DNA of 64,000 bases from Acidobacteriota bacterium. GTDB taxonomy: Bacteria > Acidobacteriota > Vicinamibacteria > Vicinamibacterales > SCN-69-37. Below are positions 41,724 to 50,987 of this stretch, in pieces (position 1 is the stretch's first letter; each line of letters starts with the position of its first letter). The position numbers and the translations under genes are program-made. The notes under the pieces were generated by a model. It saw only the letters and a program-made list of their open reading frames with translations. It was not told the DNA's origin and did not search any database. The DNA lies in assembly GCA_947467605.1 (NCBI GenBank), contig CANIII010000003.1:74154-138153 (forward strand), in the 5' to 3' direction.

Positions 41724-41763
41724 GCGCACAGTGCAAATCGGATGGCCGCCCTCCGCGCTCGGG

Positions 41764-42480
41764 CTATGGGCGAATACGGGCGGGTACGACGCGACGCTTC
41801 TGAATGGCGAAGTACACGCGAATCACGAGGAACAACGTCAGCCACCCGGCCCACATCAGCGGCTCGGAGATATCTGACTTCTGAATCCAGATGAAGTGAA
41901 TGACACCGGAAATGGCGGCGACGTACACCAGCCGATGCAGCGTCTGCCACTTCTTCTTGAGCCTGCGCACCCAGCCACTGGTGGACGTGATCGCGAGGAC
42001 GGCCATGATCGTGAACGAGATCATGCCCATGAAGATGAACTTGCGCTTCAGGACGTCGTTGACGATCGACCGGAATTCACACGTCGCCACCGAGTAGCAC
42101 AATTGATCAAGGCCGAGGTAGATGCCGACATGGACGAACGCGTAGAAGAACGCAAAGACGCCGACCATGCGGCGCACTTTCTGAATGCCGTTGACCTTGA
42201 AGATGCGGCGGATGGGCGTGATGGCCAGGCAGGCCAGCAACACGCCGAGCCCGTCTTCCCCGCTTTCGTGGAGCAGCGTCTTCAACGGGTCGACACCGAG
42301 ACCACCGATCGTCGAGTCTACGAGCGGAATCCATGACGGGATCCATGCGCTGGCGATGACCTTGATGCTCAACAGCACGGCCGGCACCGCGCAACCGACA
42401 AACACGACCGGCTTGAAGTAGCGCCAGGTCGCGATCGCGTTGAGCAGCTTGCACAGCTGCTCGTAGCCGGTCTTCAACAT
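41764..42480 (-). CDS. msrQ: protein-methionine-sulfoxide reductase heme-binding subunit MsrQ
   Basis: Six-TM ferric-reductase-like protein with conserved His (FFYAFVHVGIY, LHRLVYVAAISGVIHF). ORF-track start 42609 trimmed to ATG 42480, which shares one base with the msrP stop. Confidence 0.88.
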   Translation of the reverse strand: MLKTGYEQLCKLLNAIATWRYFKPVVFVGCAVPAVLLSIKVIASAWIPSWIPLVDSTIGGLGVDPLKTLLHESGEDGLGVLLACLAITPIRRIFKVNGIQKVRRMVGVFAFFYAFVHVGIYLGLDQLCYSVATCEFRSIVNDVLKRKFIFMGMISFTIMAVLAITSTSGWVRRLKKKWQTLHRLVYVAAISGVIHFIWIQKSDISEPLMWAGWLTLFLVIRVYFAIQKRRVVPARIRP

Positions 42481-43457
42481 CAGTAGAACAGGACCTTCTT
42501 GTCCATGCCTGCGTAGAGGCTCTGCACCTGATCCGCGTAGCCGTTGAACAGCAGCGTCGGCCGGCTGGTCGCAAACCCCGGCAGGCGCCGCTCGCGCGCT
42601 TGCGACCACCGCGGATGATCCACTTCCGGATTCACATTCGCCCAGAAACCGTACTCATTCCCATTCTGCACGGCCCATGTCGTCTTCGGCATCGTCTCCG
42701 TAAAACGGATGCGCACGATCGACTTGCCGCTCTTGAACCCGTACTTCCACGGAATGTGAATGCGCATCGGCGCGCCGTTCTGATTCGGCAACACCTTGCC
42801 GTAGAGGCCAACGACCATGAAGGCAAGCGGATGCATCGCTTCGTCCATGCGGAGGCCTTCCACATACGGCCACTGCAAAGAACCCGTCTTCTGTCCAAAC
42901 ATTTCGCTCGGGCGCAGCAGTGTGTGAAACTCCACGTACTTCGCCTTCGCCTGCGGCTCGCACTTGTCGATCACGTGCTTGATCGGCACGCCAACCCACG
43001 GAATCACCATCGACCAGCGCTCGACGCAGCGATGACGCACGACGCGCTCTTCCAACTGCGTGAAGTCGATCATCTTCTCGATGTCGTACTTGCCTGGCTT
43101 GTTGCAGGCGCCATCGACTTCCACCGTCCACGGCGATGTCGTCAGCTTGTTCGCGTACTGGACCGGATCGCCCTTGCCCGTGCCAAATTCGTAGAAGTTG
43201 TTGTAGCTATTGATCTCTTCCAGCTTGTTGAGCGGATCAACGGTCGGGTCGGCGACGAACTTCGGGTTCCGCGGAGCGGCGTAATTCTTGGCCTGCGCGA
43301 AGAGCGGTGTGTCGATCCCGCCAAGTGTCGCAGCGGCGGCCAGCCCTGCGGTGCCCATGGCCGCGGCCTTCATGATGTCGCGGCGCGAGTAATACGCCGA
43401 CTCTGGCGTGATCTCAGAAGAAGGGACGTCGGCCGAAGTCTTGATCTTGAGAATCAT
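42480..43457 (-). CDS. msrP: protein-methionine-sulfoxide reductase catalytic subunit MsrP (molybdopterin, Tat-exported)
   Basis: Tat signal SRRDIMKAAAMGTAGLAAAA; YNNFYEFG and HRCVE(R)WSMVIPW motifs typical of YedY/MsrP. Confidence 0.9.
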   Translation of the reverse strand: MILKIKTSADVPSSEITPESAYYSRRDIMKAAAMGTAGLAAAATLGGIDTPLFAQAKNYAAPRNPKFVADPTVDPLNKLEEINSYNNFYEFGTGKGDPVQYANKLTTSPWTVEVDGACNKPGKYDIEKMIDFTQLEERVVRHRCVERWSMVIPWVGVPIKHVIDKCEPQAKAKYVEFHTLLRPSEMFGQKTGSLQWPYVEGLRMDEAMHPLAFMVVGLYGKVLPNQNGAPMRIHIPWKYGFKSGKSIVRIRFTETMPKTTWAVQNGNEYGFWANVNPEVDHPRWSQARERRLPGFATSRPTLLFNGYADQVQSLYAGMDKKVLFY

Positions 43458-43463
43458 GGTGCA

Positions 43464-43469
43464 ATTAGA
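43464..43469 (-). promoter_or_regulatory. putative -10 box TCTAAT 6 nt upstream of the msrP ATG, overlapping the upstream stop codon
   Basis: Minus strand reads gtgtTCTAATtgcaccATG. No SD. Confidence 0.35.
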
Positions 43470-43995
43470 ACACAGCCTGCACGATGGTCTCTACGGACGC
43501 CGCGAGCTGGTGGTTGTCATCGAGCCACGTAATGTCAACATTCGGCCGACCCTCAGCCCACGACGAGACACTGGCGGGTAGCACCGTGTCGTCCGCAGTG
43601 CCCTGGAAAATCCGGATCGGCAGAGTCAGCGTGAGCGCAAACGCGTCGTACCGGGCGACATCCTCGAAGACCCGGTCGTCGCCAAGATCAAATGCCGGCG
43701 CCAGAAGCACCAACTCCGCCACCCGCCCGGTCGTGTCCGCTGCGGCCGCATGCACGGCCACAAACCCGCCGAGGCTCGAGCCAACGAGCATGACCGGCCT
43801 CTCTCCCGCCGCCTCGATCGCCGCCCGCGCCTGGCCGATCATTCGCGCAATCGTGGGCGTCTCGGATAACGGCTGGTTGAAGTCGGGACACGAAAACGCG
43901 ATCCCACGCGCAGCGCATTCCACCGCGAACCGCTGCGCCTTCGTCGACTTGGGCGACGACGGGAAGCCGTGGAGATAGACGACGTGCCCGGTCAA
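43465..43995 (-). CDS. YqiA-like alpha/beta hydrolase (esterase)
   Basis: VVYLHGFPSSPKSTKA N-terminus and nucleophile elbow GSSLGG. ORF-track start 44265 rejected. TTG 43995 overlaps the SET stop as TTGA; GTG 44010 is an alternative. Confidence 0.7.
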   Translation of the reverse strand: MTGHVVYLHGFPSSPKSTKAQRFAVECAARGIAFSCPDFNQPLSETPTIARMIGQARAAIEAAGERPVMLVGSSLGGFVAVHAAAADTTGRVAELVLLAPAFDLGDDRVFEDVARYDAFALTLTLPIRIFQGTADDTVLPASVSSWAEGRPNVDITWLDDNHQLAASVETIVQAVF

Positions 43996-44438
43996 ATCTT
44001 GTTCTTGCACCCGGGGCGGCACATGCACTGAATACCCGCTTCCCCACCGGTGTTGTAGTCGTAGGTGAGCTCTTCGCCCGTCTTGATGTTGCGCGCTGCG
44101 CGAATCCAGACGGTGTGCTTCACGATCTCGGAGTAGCAGTTCGGCTTGCACGAGTGGTTGATGAACCGCGCAATGTTGCCGCCGACGTTGCCGTCGCGCA
44201 CCAGACGTCGAGAGACGGTGAAGGACCAGATCATGCCCTTGGCCTGATAGCGACGTTCGCGCCAATCAGACTTGGAGGCCGAGATGAGCTCGCCCTGATA
44301 GTCGACGATGCGCATGTTCTTGTTGAACGGCTGCGCCGCATAGACGCCGAACCCCGCGCCCTTGATCTTTGACTTGCGGCGCACCACACGCCGACCCGTC
44401 ACCGTCACCTCTACCCGTCCCACAACACCTGATGGCAT
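43992..44438 (-). CDS. SET domain-containing protein (putative protein-lysine methyltransferase)
   Basis: KGAGFGVYA, RFINHSCKPN, ELTYDY and post-SET Cys cluster CMCRPGC. ORF-track start 44804 trimmed to ATG 44438. Confidence 0.85.
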   Translation of the reverse strand: MPSGVVGRVEVTVTGRRVVRRKSKIKGAGFGVYAAQPFNKNMRIVDYQGELISASKSDWRERRYQAKGMIWSFTVSRRLVRDGNVGGNIARFINHSCKPNCYSEIVKHTVWIRAARNIKTGEELTYDYNTGGEAGIQCMCRPGCKNKI

Positions 44439-44444
44439 CTCACC

Positions 44445-44450
44445 AGTATA
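44445..44450 (-). promoter_or_regulatory. putative -10 box TATACT 6 nt upstream of the SET gene ATG (leaderless-type)
   Basis: Minus strand reads ggcTATACTggtgagATG. Confidence 0.4.
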
Positions 44451-44463
44451 GCCAAAGGACCTA

Positions 44464-44469
44464 TACAAT
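44464..44469 (+). promoter_or_regulatory. putative -10 box TACAAT 6 nt upstream of the amidohydrolase ATG (leaderless-type)
   Basis: cctaTACAATccgcgcATG. Same geometry as mgtE. Confidence 0.45.
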
Positions 44470-44475
44470 CCGCGC

Positions 44476-45705
44476 ATGACAACTCGCTTCCGTACCTCGG
44501 CGATGGCTTCGGTGCTGGCATTTCTGACCCTTGGGCTGGTGGCGCTCGGCGCGCAAGGCGCACGGGGACGCGGGCCGGCACCGATCACGATTCGGGCGGC
44601 GCACGTGTTCGACGGCACAGGCACGCTCATCGAAAACGGCGTCGTCGAAGTGACCGGCACCAAGATCACGGCCGTCGACAAACGCGAAGGCCCCGTCACG
44701 TATGACCTCGGCGACGCGACGCTCCTGCCCGGCATGATCGACGTGCACGTGCACCTCAACTGGTACTTCAGTGCGAATGGCAAATACGGCGGCGGCGGCG
44801 ACACGGCCGACTACACCACACAGGCGATTCTCGACAACGCGCGCAAGACGTTGATGGCCGGCTTCACCACCGTGCAATCACTCGGCGCGGCCAGCGACAA
44901 ACCGCTCCGCGACGCGATCGCCGCGGGCGTGATCGTCGGCCCTCGGCTCCTGACGTCCATCTCGCAGATTCAGGCCGGGACGATGACGGCTGAGCAGCTG
45001 CGCGATCGCGTGAAACAGGCGAAGGCGCAAGGGGCGGACGTGATCAAGTTCTTTGCCTCCGGCAGCATCCGCGACGGCGGCAAGATGAACGTGACGCAGC
45101 AACAGGTCGATGCGGTCTGCGCGGAAGCCAAAGCGCAGGGGCTGCGTTCGCTCGTGCACGCGCACGACTCAGCGTCGATCATCGCGTCGGTCAAGGCCGG
45201 CTGCAGCCAGATCGAGCACGGCTTGTTTGCTGACGATGCAGCGATCAAGGCGATGAAGGACGCGAACGTGTATTTCGATCCGAACATCGGCCTCGTGTTG
45301 CAGAACTACCTGTGGAACAAGGATCACTACATGGGCAGCGGCAACTTCAATGACGAGGGCTTTGCGTCGATGGAGAAAGCCCTCCCCAACCTGCCCATCA
45401 TTTTCAAGAAGGCGCTCGCGGCGGGGCTCCGCATGCCGATGGGGACCGACGCCGTGGCCGGTGCGCATGGCGAGAACGCGCGCGAGATCGTGGCGCGAGT
45501 GCAGGCCGGGCAGACGACACGTGCGGCCCTGATTGGCGCGACGTCGCTGGCGGCAGAGTCCCTGGGGCTCGGCACGACCATCGGCACGCTGGCCACAGGA
45601 TTCGAGGCCGACATCGTGGCGGTGCCAGGCGACGCCCTGACGGACATCAGCAACGTGCATCACACGAAGTTCGTGATGAAGGGCGGCAAGGTTTATAAGC
45701 GCTAA
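44476..45705 (+). CDS. secreted amidohydrolase family metallo-hydrolase
   Basis: Signal peptide; PGMIDVHVHL metal-binding HxH motif; later HAHD and C-terminal D in an amidohydrolase-like arrangement. Confidence 0.85.
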   Translation: MTTRFRTSAMASVLAFLTLGLVALGAQGARGRGPAPITIRAAHVFDGTGTLIENGVVEVTGTKITAVDKREGPVTYDLGDATLLPGMIDVHVHLNWYFSANGKYGGGGDTADYTTQAILDNARKTLMAGFTTVQSLGAASDKPLRDAIAAGVIVGPRLLTSISQIQAGTMTAEQLRDRVKQAKAQGADVIKFFASGSIRDGGKMNVTQQQVDAVCAEAKAQGLRSLVHAHDSASIIASVKAGCSQIEHGLFADDAAIKAMKDANVYFDPNIGLVLQNYLWNKDHYMGSGNFNDEGFASMEKALPNLPIIFKKALAAGLRMPMGTDAVAGAHGENAREIVARVQAGQTTRAALIGATSLAAESLGLGTTIGTLATGFEADIVAVPGDALTDISNVHHTKFVMKGGKVYKR

Positions 45706-45737
45706 GGGAGTATGATCCGCCCACGGAGGACGCCCGG

Positions 45738-47015
45738 ATGTGGAGTCGTCGGCAGTTTCTGAACCATGCGAGTGCGGGCACGGCGGCGATCGCGGCGGTC
45801 AATGCGAATGGCCTCGACCGCGTGTTTGCCGCGTCAGCTGACGTGGCCGAGCGCAACCCGCTTGATGTCGCGCAGGACGAGACCTACTGGCGCACGGTGC
45901 AGGAGGCGTTCTCGCTCGATCGCACGATGATCAACCTGAACAACGGCGGCTGCAGTCCGGCGCCGCGCGCCGTGCACGAAGCGTTCAAGCGGTATCTCGA
46001 TCATTCCAATCAGGCACCGTCGTACTACATGTGGCGCGAAGTCGAACCCGGCGTCGAGAACGCGCGGCGTGGCCTCGCGATGGATACGGGCGTCGATCCC
46101 GAGACGATGGCGATTACGCGCAATGCGAGCGAGTCGCTGCAGATCGCGCAGCTCGGCCTCGACCTCAAGCCGGGCGATGAGATTCTGACGACCAATCAGG
46201 ACTACGGCCGAATGCTCCAGACGTACGACCAGCGCGTGTTGCGTGATGGCGTCAAACTCACGAAGATCTCCATTCCCGTGCCGGCGACCAGCGCCGAGAT
46301 CATCAAGCGCTTCGAGCAGGCCATCACGCCGCAGACCAGGCTCATGCACTTCTGCCACATCACCAACCTCACCGGTCAGATCTATCCGGTGAAGGAACTT
46401 GCGGCGATGGCGCGCGCCAAAGGCATCACGACGATCGTGGACGGCGCGCACGCGTATGCGCACTTCCCGTTCAAGCTCACTGACTTCGACTGCGACTTCT
46501 ACGGCACGAGCCTCCACAAGGGACTGCTGACGCCGATTGGCGCCGGCTTCCTGTATGTGCGGCGAGACCGGATCGAGAAACACTGGGCGCTGCAGCCGGC
46601 CGGTGTCGGCCAGGCCAAGGACATTCGCAAATACGAAGAGATCGGCACGCACCCGGCCGCCAATCACAATGCCATTTCAGAAGCGCTGATCTTCCACCGC
46701 GGCATCGGCAGCGAACGCAAAGCCGCGCGCCTGCGCTATCTGCGCAACCGCTGGGCCGAGCGCCTCCTGAAGAACCCTCGCGTCGTCTTGCACACGCCGC
46801 TCGATCCCGCGCTCTCGTGCGCGATCGGCACGGTGCAGATCAAAGGCATCCCGACCGGCGATGTGGGATCGAAGATCTGGAATGAGCATCGCATCCTCGC
46901 GACGCCGATCGCGCATCCGGAGTTCGAAGGTCTGCGCGTCACGCCAAACGTCTACACGACGCTCGACGAGATCGACATCTTCGCGGATGCGATGGAGAAA
47001 CTGGCGAAGAGCTAG
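45738..47015 (+). CDS. aminotransferase class V-fold PLP-dependent enzyme with Tat signal
   Basis: MWSRRQFLNHASAGTAAIAAV twin-arginine signal; DGAHA and PLP-lysine motif SLHKGL. Confidence 0.85.
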   Translation: MWSRRQFLNHASAGTAAIAAVNANGLDRVFAASADVAERNPLDVAQDETYWRTVQEAFSLDRTMINLNNGGCSPAPRAVHEAFKRYLDHSNQAPSYYMWREVEPGVENARRGLAMDTGVDPETMAITRNASESLQIAQLGLDLKPGDEILTTNQDYGRMLQTYDQRVLRDGVKLTKISIPVPATSAEIIKRFEQAITPQTRLMHFCHITNLTGQIYPVKELAAMARAKGITTIVDGAHAYAHFPFKLTDFDCDFYGTSLHKGLLTPIGAGFLYVRRDRIEKHWALQPAGVGQAKDIRKYEEIGTHPAANHNAISEALIFHRGIGSERKAARLRYLRNRWAERLLKNPRVVLHTPLDPALSCAIGTVQIKGIPTGDVGSKIWNEHRILATPIAHPEFEGLRVTPNVYTTLDEIDIFADAMEKLAKS

Positions 47016-47878
47016 CGGGCGCAGGTCCAGGTCGAGATGGCTCCGACGGAGACGGCCAGTGCCTCGGCGCCGTTGAGACGACCGGTGTAGAGCGCGTCCT
47101 TTGCGCCACCACTTCGCTCGAGATGGTGCTGATAGACGAGGCTGCCGTCAGGAGCAAACAGCAGCAGCATCGCTCGGTGAGATGTAGCACGGAGGCTGAC
47201 GAGCACGGCGAGCAGTTGGCGGCCATCAGGCTGTGCGCAGACGGCGGCGGCGTGCAGTCCGTTGATGTAGTCGAACGCATGCAGATCCGCCGATGCGATG
47301 CGCTTGCCGGTCACGTCGCTGATCACGACCTGCTCGTCGAGGTTCTCCAGTTTGATGGCCGTGCCGTTCCAGTCGATCGGCTTTGCGTCCAATGTATTGG
47401 TAATGCCGCTCTGCATCTCGGGTGCGGTCACCCGCTCCTGCAGGTCGATCGTCGGTGGGTTCACGGCCGTGATGCGGCCCGCGTCGAGGATCACGCGTGG
47501 TTGCCGAGCCGCTTCCAGCGCGAGCACCGACGATCGTCCGATCATCAGAAACACCACTGACCCAGCCAGCACCACGAGCCACAAGGTGCGGGTCACCCAC
47601 GATGGTGTGGGGACCGAGACCACACCGCGGCTGCGGAGCACGGTACGAATGACAAGCCCGACGACCCACGCCCCGGCGCCCACGATGAGCCCTGCAATCG
47701 GCGCCACGAAGAAGCCGAGACCTGCGGTGGAACTGGGCCGGCCCCACAGGGCTTCGGCGAGCGTCTGCGTAATGAAGAAGGCGGTCACGAGGGCGCCGAT
47801 CGTGAGGCCGAGCCACTTCGGGAGTCGATCCGGGAAACTCGAGGCCGTCATGCCGAACATCGTAAGCCGTTCCCGCAT
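47012..47878 (-). CDS. hypothetical membrane-anchored protein (3 TM + extracytoplasmic beta-rich domain), distal gene of the imuA-imuB-dnaE2 unit
   Basis: Starts 6 nt after the dnaE2 stop. Hydrophobic helices in residues ~20-115. No family recognised. Confidence 0.5.
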   Translation of the reverse strand: MRERLTMFGMTASSFPDRLPKWLGLTIGALVTAFFITQTLAEALWGRPSSTAGLGFFVAPIAGLIVGAGAWVVGLVIRTVLRSRGVVSVPTPSWVTRTLWLVVLAGSVVFLMIGRSSVLALEAARQPRVILDAGRITAVNPPTIDLQERVTAPEMQSGITNTLDAKPIDWNGTAIKLENLDEQVVISDVTGKRIASADLHAFDYINGLHAAAVCAQPDGRQLLAVLVSLRATSHRAMLLLFAPDGSLVYQHHLERSGGAKDALYTGRLNGAEALAVSVGAISTWTCAR

Positions 47879-47884
47879 GAGCCA

Positions 47885-50800
47885 TCAGTGAAAATCATGT
47901 GATTCCACCTCCGGGCCGGCGTGCGGCAGCACATCGACGCGATCTACTTTCACCGACACGGCGCCGTCCTGGTTCTGCAAGATGCCCTCGACGATCAGAT
48001 ACGGCGAGTCCACAATCGTGCGCTTGTATTCGCCAAACACCTGCGGCGTGATGATCGCGTTGGCGATGCCGGTTTCATCTTCCAGCGACAGAAACACAAA
48101 ACCTTTCGCCGTGCCGGGTCGCTGACGCGTGATCACGGCGCCGGCCACTCGCACACGACGCCCCGGACGAATGCGCTTGAGATCGCCGGCGCGCAAGACA
48201 CCGCGAGTCGCGAGTGACGCGCGCGCGAGCGCCATCGGATGCGGACCGATGGTCAGGCCGGTGCCGGCATAGTCGGCGGCCACGCGCTCAAGGAGGGACA
48301 TTTGCTGAAGTGGAGAGCGACCCCGAACCTGAAGGTCCGGGGCTCCATCTGAAATCAGCGCGATGTCTTTTGCGCGCTCGGCTTGCCACAGCGCGGTGCG
48401 GCGGTCGCCGCCGATGGCGGCGAGCGCGCCGATTTCAGCGAGCACGCGGAGTTCCTCACGTGACACCGATGCGCGCGTGGCCACATCATCGATCGAACGA
48501 TACGGGCTCTTCCGCTGACCCGCCACAATTCTCTCGCCGGTTTCGTGGCGCAGGCCTCTGACGCAACACAACCCGAGTCGAACGGCACCATCCGGCTGCA
48601 CCGTCGACTCCCATCCGGAAATCGTCACGTCGACGGACGCAAACCGCACGCCGCGACGCTGCGCGTCTTTCACCAGCGTGGCGGGATGATAGAAACCCAT
48701 CGGCTGGTTGTTGAGAAGCGCAGCGTAGAACGCGGCCGGAAAATGGGCTTTCAAATACGCGCTCGCGTACACGATCAACGCAAAGCTGGCGGCATGCGAC
48801 TCGGGAAACCCGTAGAGCGCGAATGATGAAATGGATTTCACAATGCGGTCGGCCGCCTCATCGGTGATGCCGTTTCTGGCCATCCCGGCGCGCAGGCGCG
48901 TTTCAATCGCCTCCATGCGCTTGACCGATCGCTTGAAGCCCATCGCGCGCCGAAGCTCCTCGGCTTCGCCGCCTGAGAACCCGCCGACGACCATCGCCAT
49001 GCGCAACAACTGCTCCTGAAACAGCGGCACGCCGAGCGTGCGCTTCAACACGGGCTCGAGCAGCGGATGGTCATACGTCACCGGCTCTTCACCGCGCCGG
49101 CGTCGCAAATATGGATGCACCATGTTGCCGACGATCGGTCCCGGGCGAATGATCGCGACTTCCACGACGATGTCGTAGAAGTGTTCGGGTTTCATGCGGG
49201 GCAAGGTGGCCATCTGCGCGCGCGATTCCACCTGGAAGACACCGATCGTGTCGGCGCGCTGCAACATCGCATAGACGGCCGGGTCGCCTGGCGGCAAATG
49301 CGCAAGGTCCACGACGGGATCAGGGGTATTGATAATCGTCAGCGCGTCTTCGAGCGCGGCCATCATGCCGAGGCCCAGCAAATCCACTTTCACGATGCCG
49401 AGATCCGCGCAGTCGTCCTTGTCCCACTGCACGACGACACGGCCCGGCATCGATGCCGGCTCGAGCGGCACCACATCGTCGAGCCGCCCCTGACACATAA
49501 CCATGCCGCCGGAATGCTGGCCGAGGTGGCGCGGCAGGTCCTGCATCTGCTTCCACAGTTCACCGAACTGCAGAAAACGCGCGTCGGTGGGATCGAGCCC
49601 GGCCTCGGTGAGGTTGCGCGTCAAGGAATCTGCCGGATCGACCCACTCGAACTGATGCATCATGCGCGCAAGTCGATCAATCTCGTTTTCGTCGAGTCGC
49701 AGCACCTTCCCCACTTCGCGCGCGGCACTGCGGCCGCGATAGGTGATCACATTCGCCGTCATCGCCGCCCCCATGCGGCCGTAGCGTTCGTACACGTATT
49801 GGATGACGCGTTCACGACGGTCGCCGCTCGGCAGATCCAGATCGATATCGGGCCACTCGCCGCGCTCTTCCGACAGGAATCGCTCAAACAGCAGCTCCAT
49901 CCCTACGGGATCGACGGCCGTGATGCCGAGCGCGTAGCACACGGCGCTATTGGCGGCCGAGCCGCGGCCTTGCGTGAGGATGCGATTCTGCCGGCAGAAA
50001 TTGACGATGTCCCAGACGATGAGGAAGTAGCCGGCCAGCTCGAGCTTCTCGATCAGATGCAGTTCCCGATCGATCTGCGCACGTGCCTTGTCGTGATACG
50101 GGCGATAACGATCACGCGCGCCGACCTGCGCCAAACGGCGCAGAAACGAAATCTGCGTCTCGCCGGCGGGCACGGGATATTCGGGAAATCGATAGCCCAG
50201 ATTGGCGAGCGTAAAGTCGAGCCGTTCGGCCAGTGCCTCAGTGCCCATCAGCGCCTGCGGCAGATCGGAGAACAACCGCGTCATGACTTCTGGCGGCTTC
50301 AGATAGCGCTCAGCGTTCGTCGCCAGTCGTCTTCCCGCCTGTTCGAGCGTGACGCCGTGATGGATACAGGTGAGCACATCAAAGAGTGGCCGATCCGCGG
50401 GCGTGGCGAAGCGCACACCATTGGACGCCATGACCGGCACGCGAAACGCCGCGGCCAGATCGAGCAGCGCGCGATTGTCAGACTCCTCATCACGACCGAG
50501 ATGCCGTTGCAGTTCGATGTAGACGCCATGCCGACCGAAGACGCCGACCAGTTGATCAATGAGCCCGCCCACGCCGTGCTGTTCGGCGTTCAACGCACTG
50601 GCGCCCGCCAACGCGATTAATCCACCGGCGCGACCATCAAAATCTCTCAACGTGTAGCGCGCCTCACCTTTGGCCGACCGCAGCTTGCCGTGCGTGATCG
50701 TGCGACAGAGATTGCGATAGCCCTCTGCGGACGCCGCCAGTACGGGCAACACCCACGCACGGTCGACTGATCCCATACTGAGCTCGGCGCCAACGATGGC

Positions 50801-50977
50801 TTTGAGCCCAGCCTTTTTTGCCGCGCGATAGAACTGCGGGGCGCCATAGACACCATCAGCATCGAGCAATGCCACCGCCGGATATCCCAGATCCGCGGCT
50901 CGCGTGATCAATGTGTCCGGCATCGAGGCGCCCCGCAGAAATGAAAATGCGGACGACATATGCAGTTCGATAAACAT
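47885..50977 (-). CDS. dnaE2: error-prone DNA polymerase DnaE2 (ImuC)
   Basis: 1030 aa. PHP domain N-terminus (ELHMSSAFSFLRGAS), Pol III alpha core, no tau/beta-binding tail. Located after imuA-imuB. Confidence 0.93.
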   Translation of the reverse strand: MFIELHMSSAFSFLRGASMPDTLITRAADLGYPAVALLDADGVYGAPQFYRAAKKAGLKAIVGAELSMGSVDRAWVLPVLAASAEGYRNLCRTITHGKLRSAKGEARYTLRDFDGRAGGLIALAGASALNAEQHGVGGLIDQLVGVFGRHGVYIELQRHLGRDEESDNRALLDLAAAFRVPVMASNGVRFATPADRPLFDVLTCIHHGVTLEQAGRRLATNAERYLKPPEVMTRLFSDLPQALMGTEALAERLDFTLANLGYRFPEYPVPAGETQISFLRRLAQVGARDRYRPYHDKARAQIDRELHLIEKLELAGYFLIVWDIVNFCRQNRILTQGRGSAANSAVCYALGITAVDPVGMELLFERFLSEERGEWPDIDLDLPSGDRRERVIQYVYERYGRMGAAMTANVITYRGRSAAREVGKVLRLDENEIDRLARMMHQFEWVDPADSLTRNLTEAGLDPTDARFLQFGELWKQMQDLPRHLGQHSGGMVMCQGRLDDVVPLEPASMPGRVVVQWDKDDCADLGIVKVDLLGLGMMAALEDALTIINTPDPVVDLAHLPPGDPAVYAMLQRADTIGVFQVESRAQMATLPRMKPEHFYDIVVEVAIIRPGPIVGNMVHPYLRRRRGEEPVTYDHPLLEPVLKRTLGVPLFQEQLLRMAMVVGGFSGGEAEELRRAMGFKRSVKRMEAIETRLRAGMARNGITDEAADRIVKSISSFALYGFPESHAASFALIVYASAYLKAHFPAAFYAALLNNQPMGFYHPATLVKDAQRRGVRFASVDVTISGWESTVQPDGAVRLGLCCVRGLRHETGERIVAGQRKSPYRSIDDVATRASVSREELRVLAEIGALAAIGGDRRTALWQAERAKDIALISDGAPDLQVRGRSPLQQMSLLERVAADYAGTGLTIGPHPMALARASLATRGVLRAGDLKRIRPGRRVRVAGAVITRQRPGTAKGFVFLSLEDETGIANAIITPQVFGEYKRTIVDSPYLIVEGILQNQDGAVSVKVDRVDVLPHAGPEVESHDFH

Positions 50978-50987
50978 CGCGGAGTCG

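Noticed and set aside
41717-41737. TTTGCA-N9-TGCAAA as the msrQ terminator
   Set aside because: A 6-bp AT-rich stem with a 9-nt loop and no U-tract is too weak for an intrinsic terminator. It more plausibly belongs to the downstream promoter/-35 region.
49067-50620. 517-aa plus-strand ORF
   Set aside because: Antisense to dnaE2, whose minus-strand product has clear PHP and Pol III alpha motifs.
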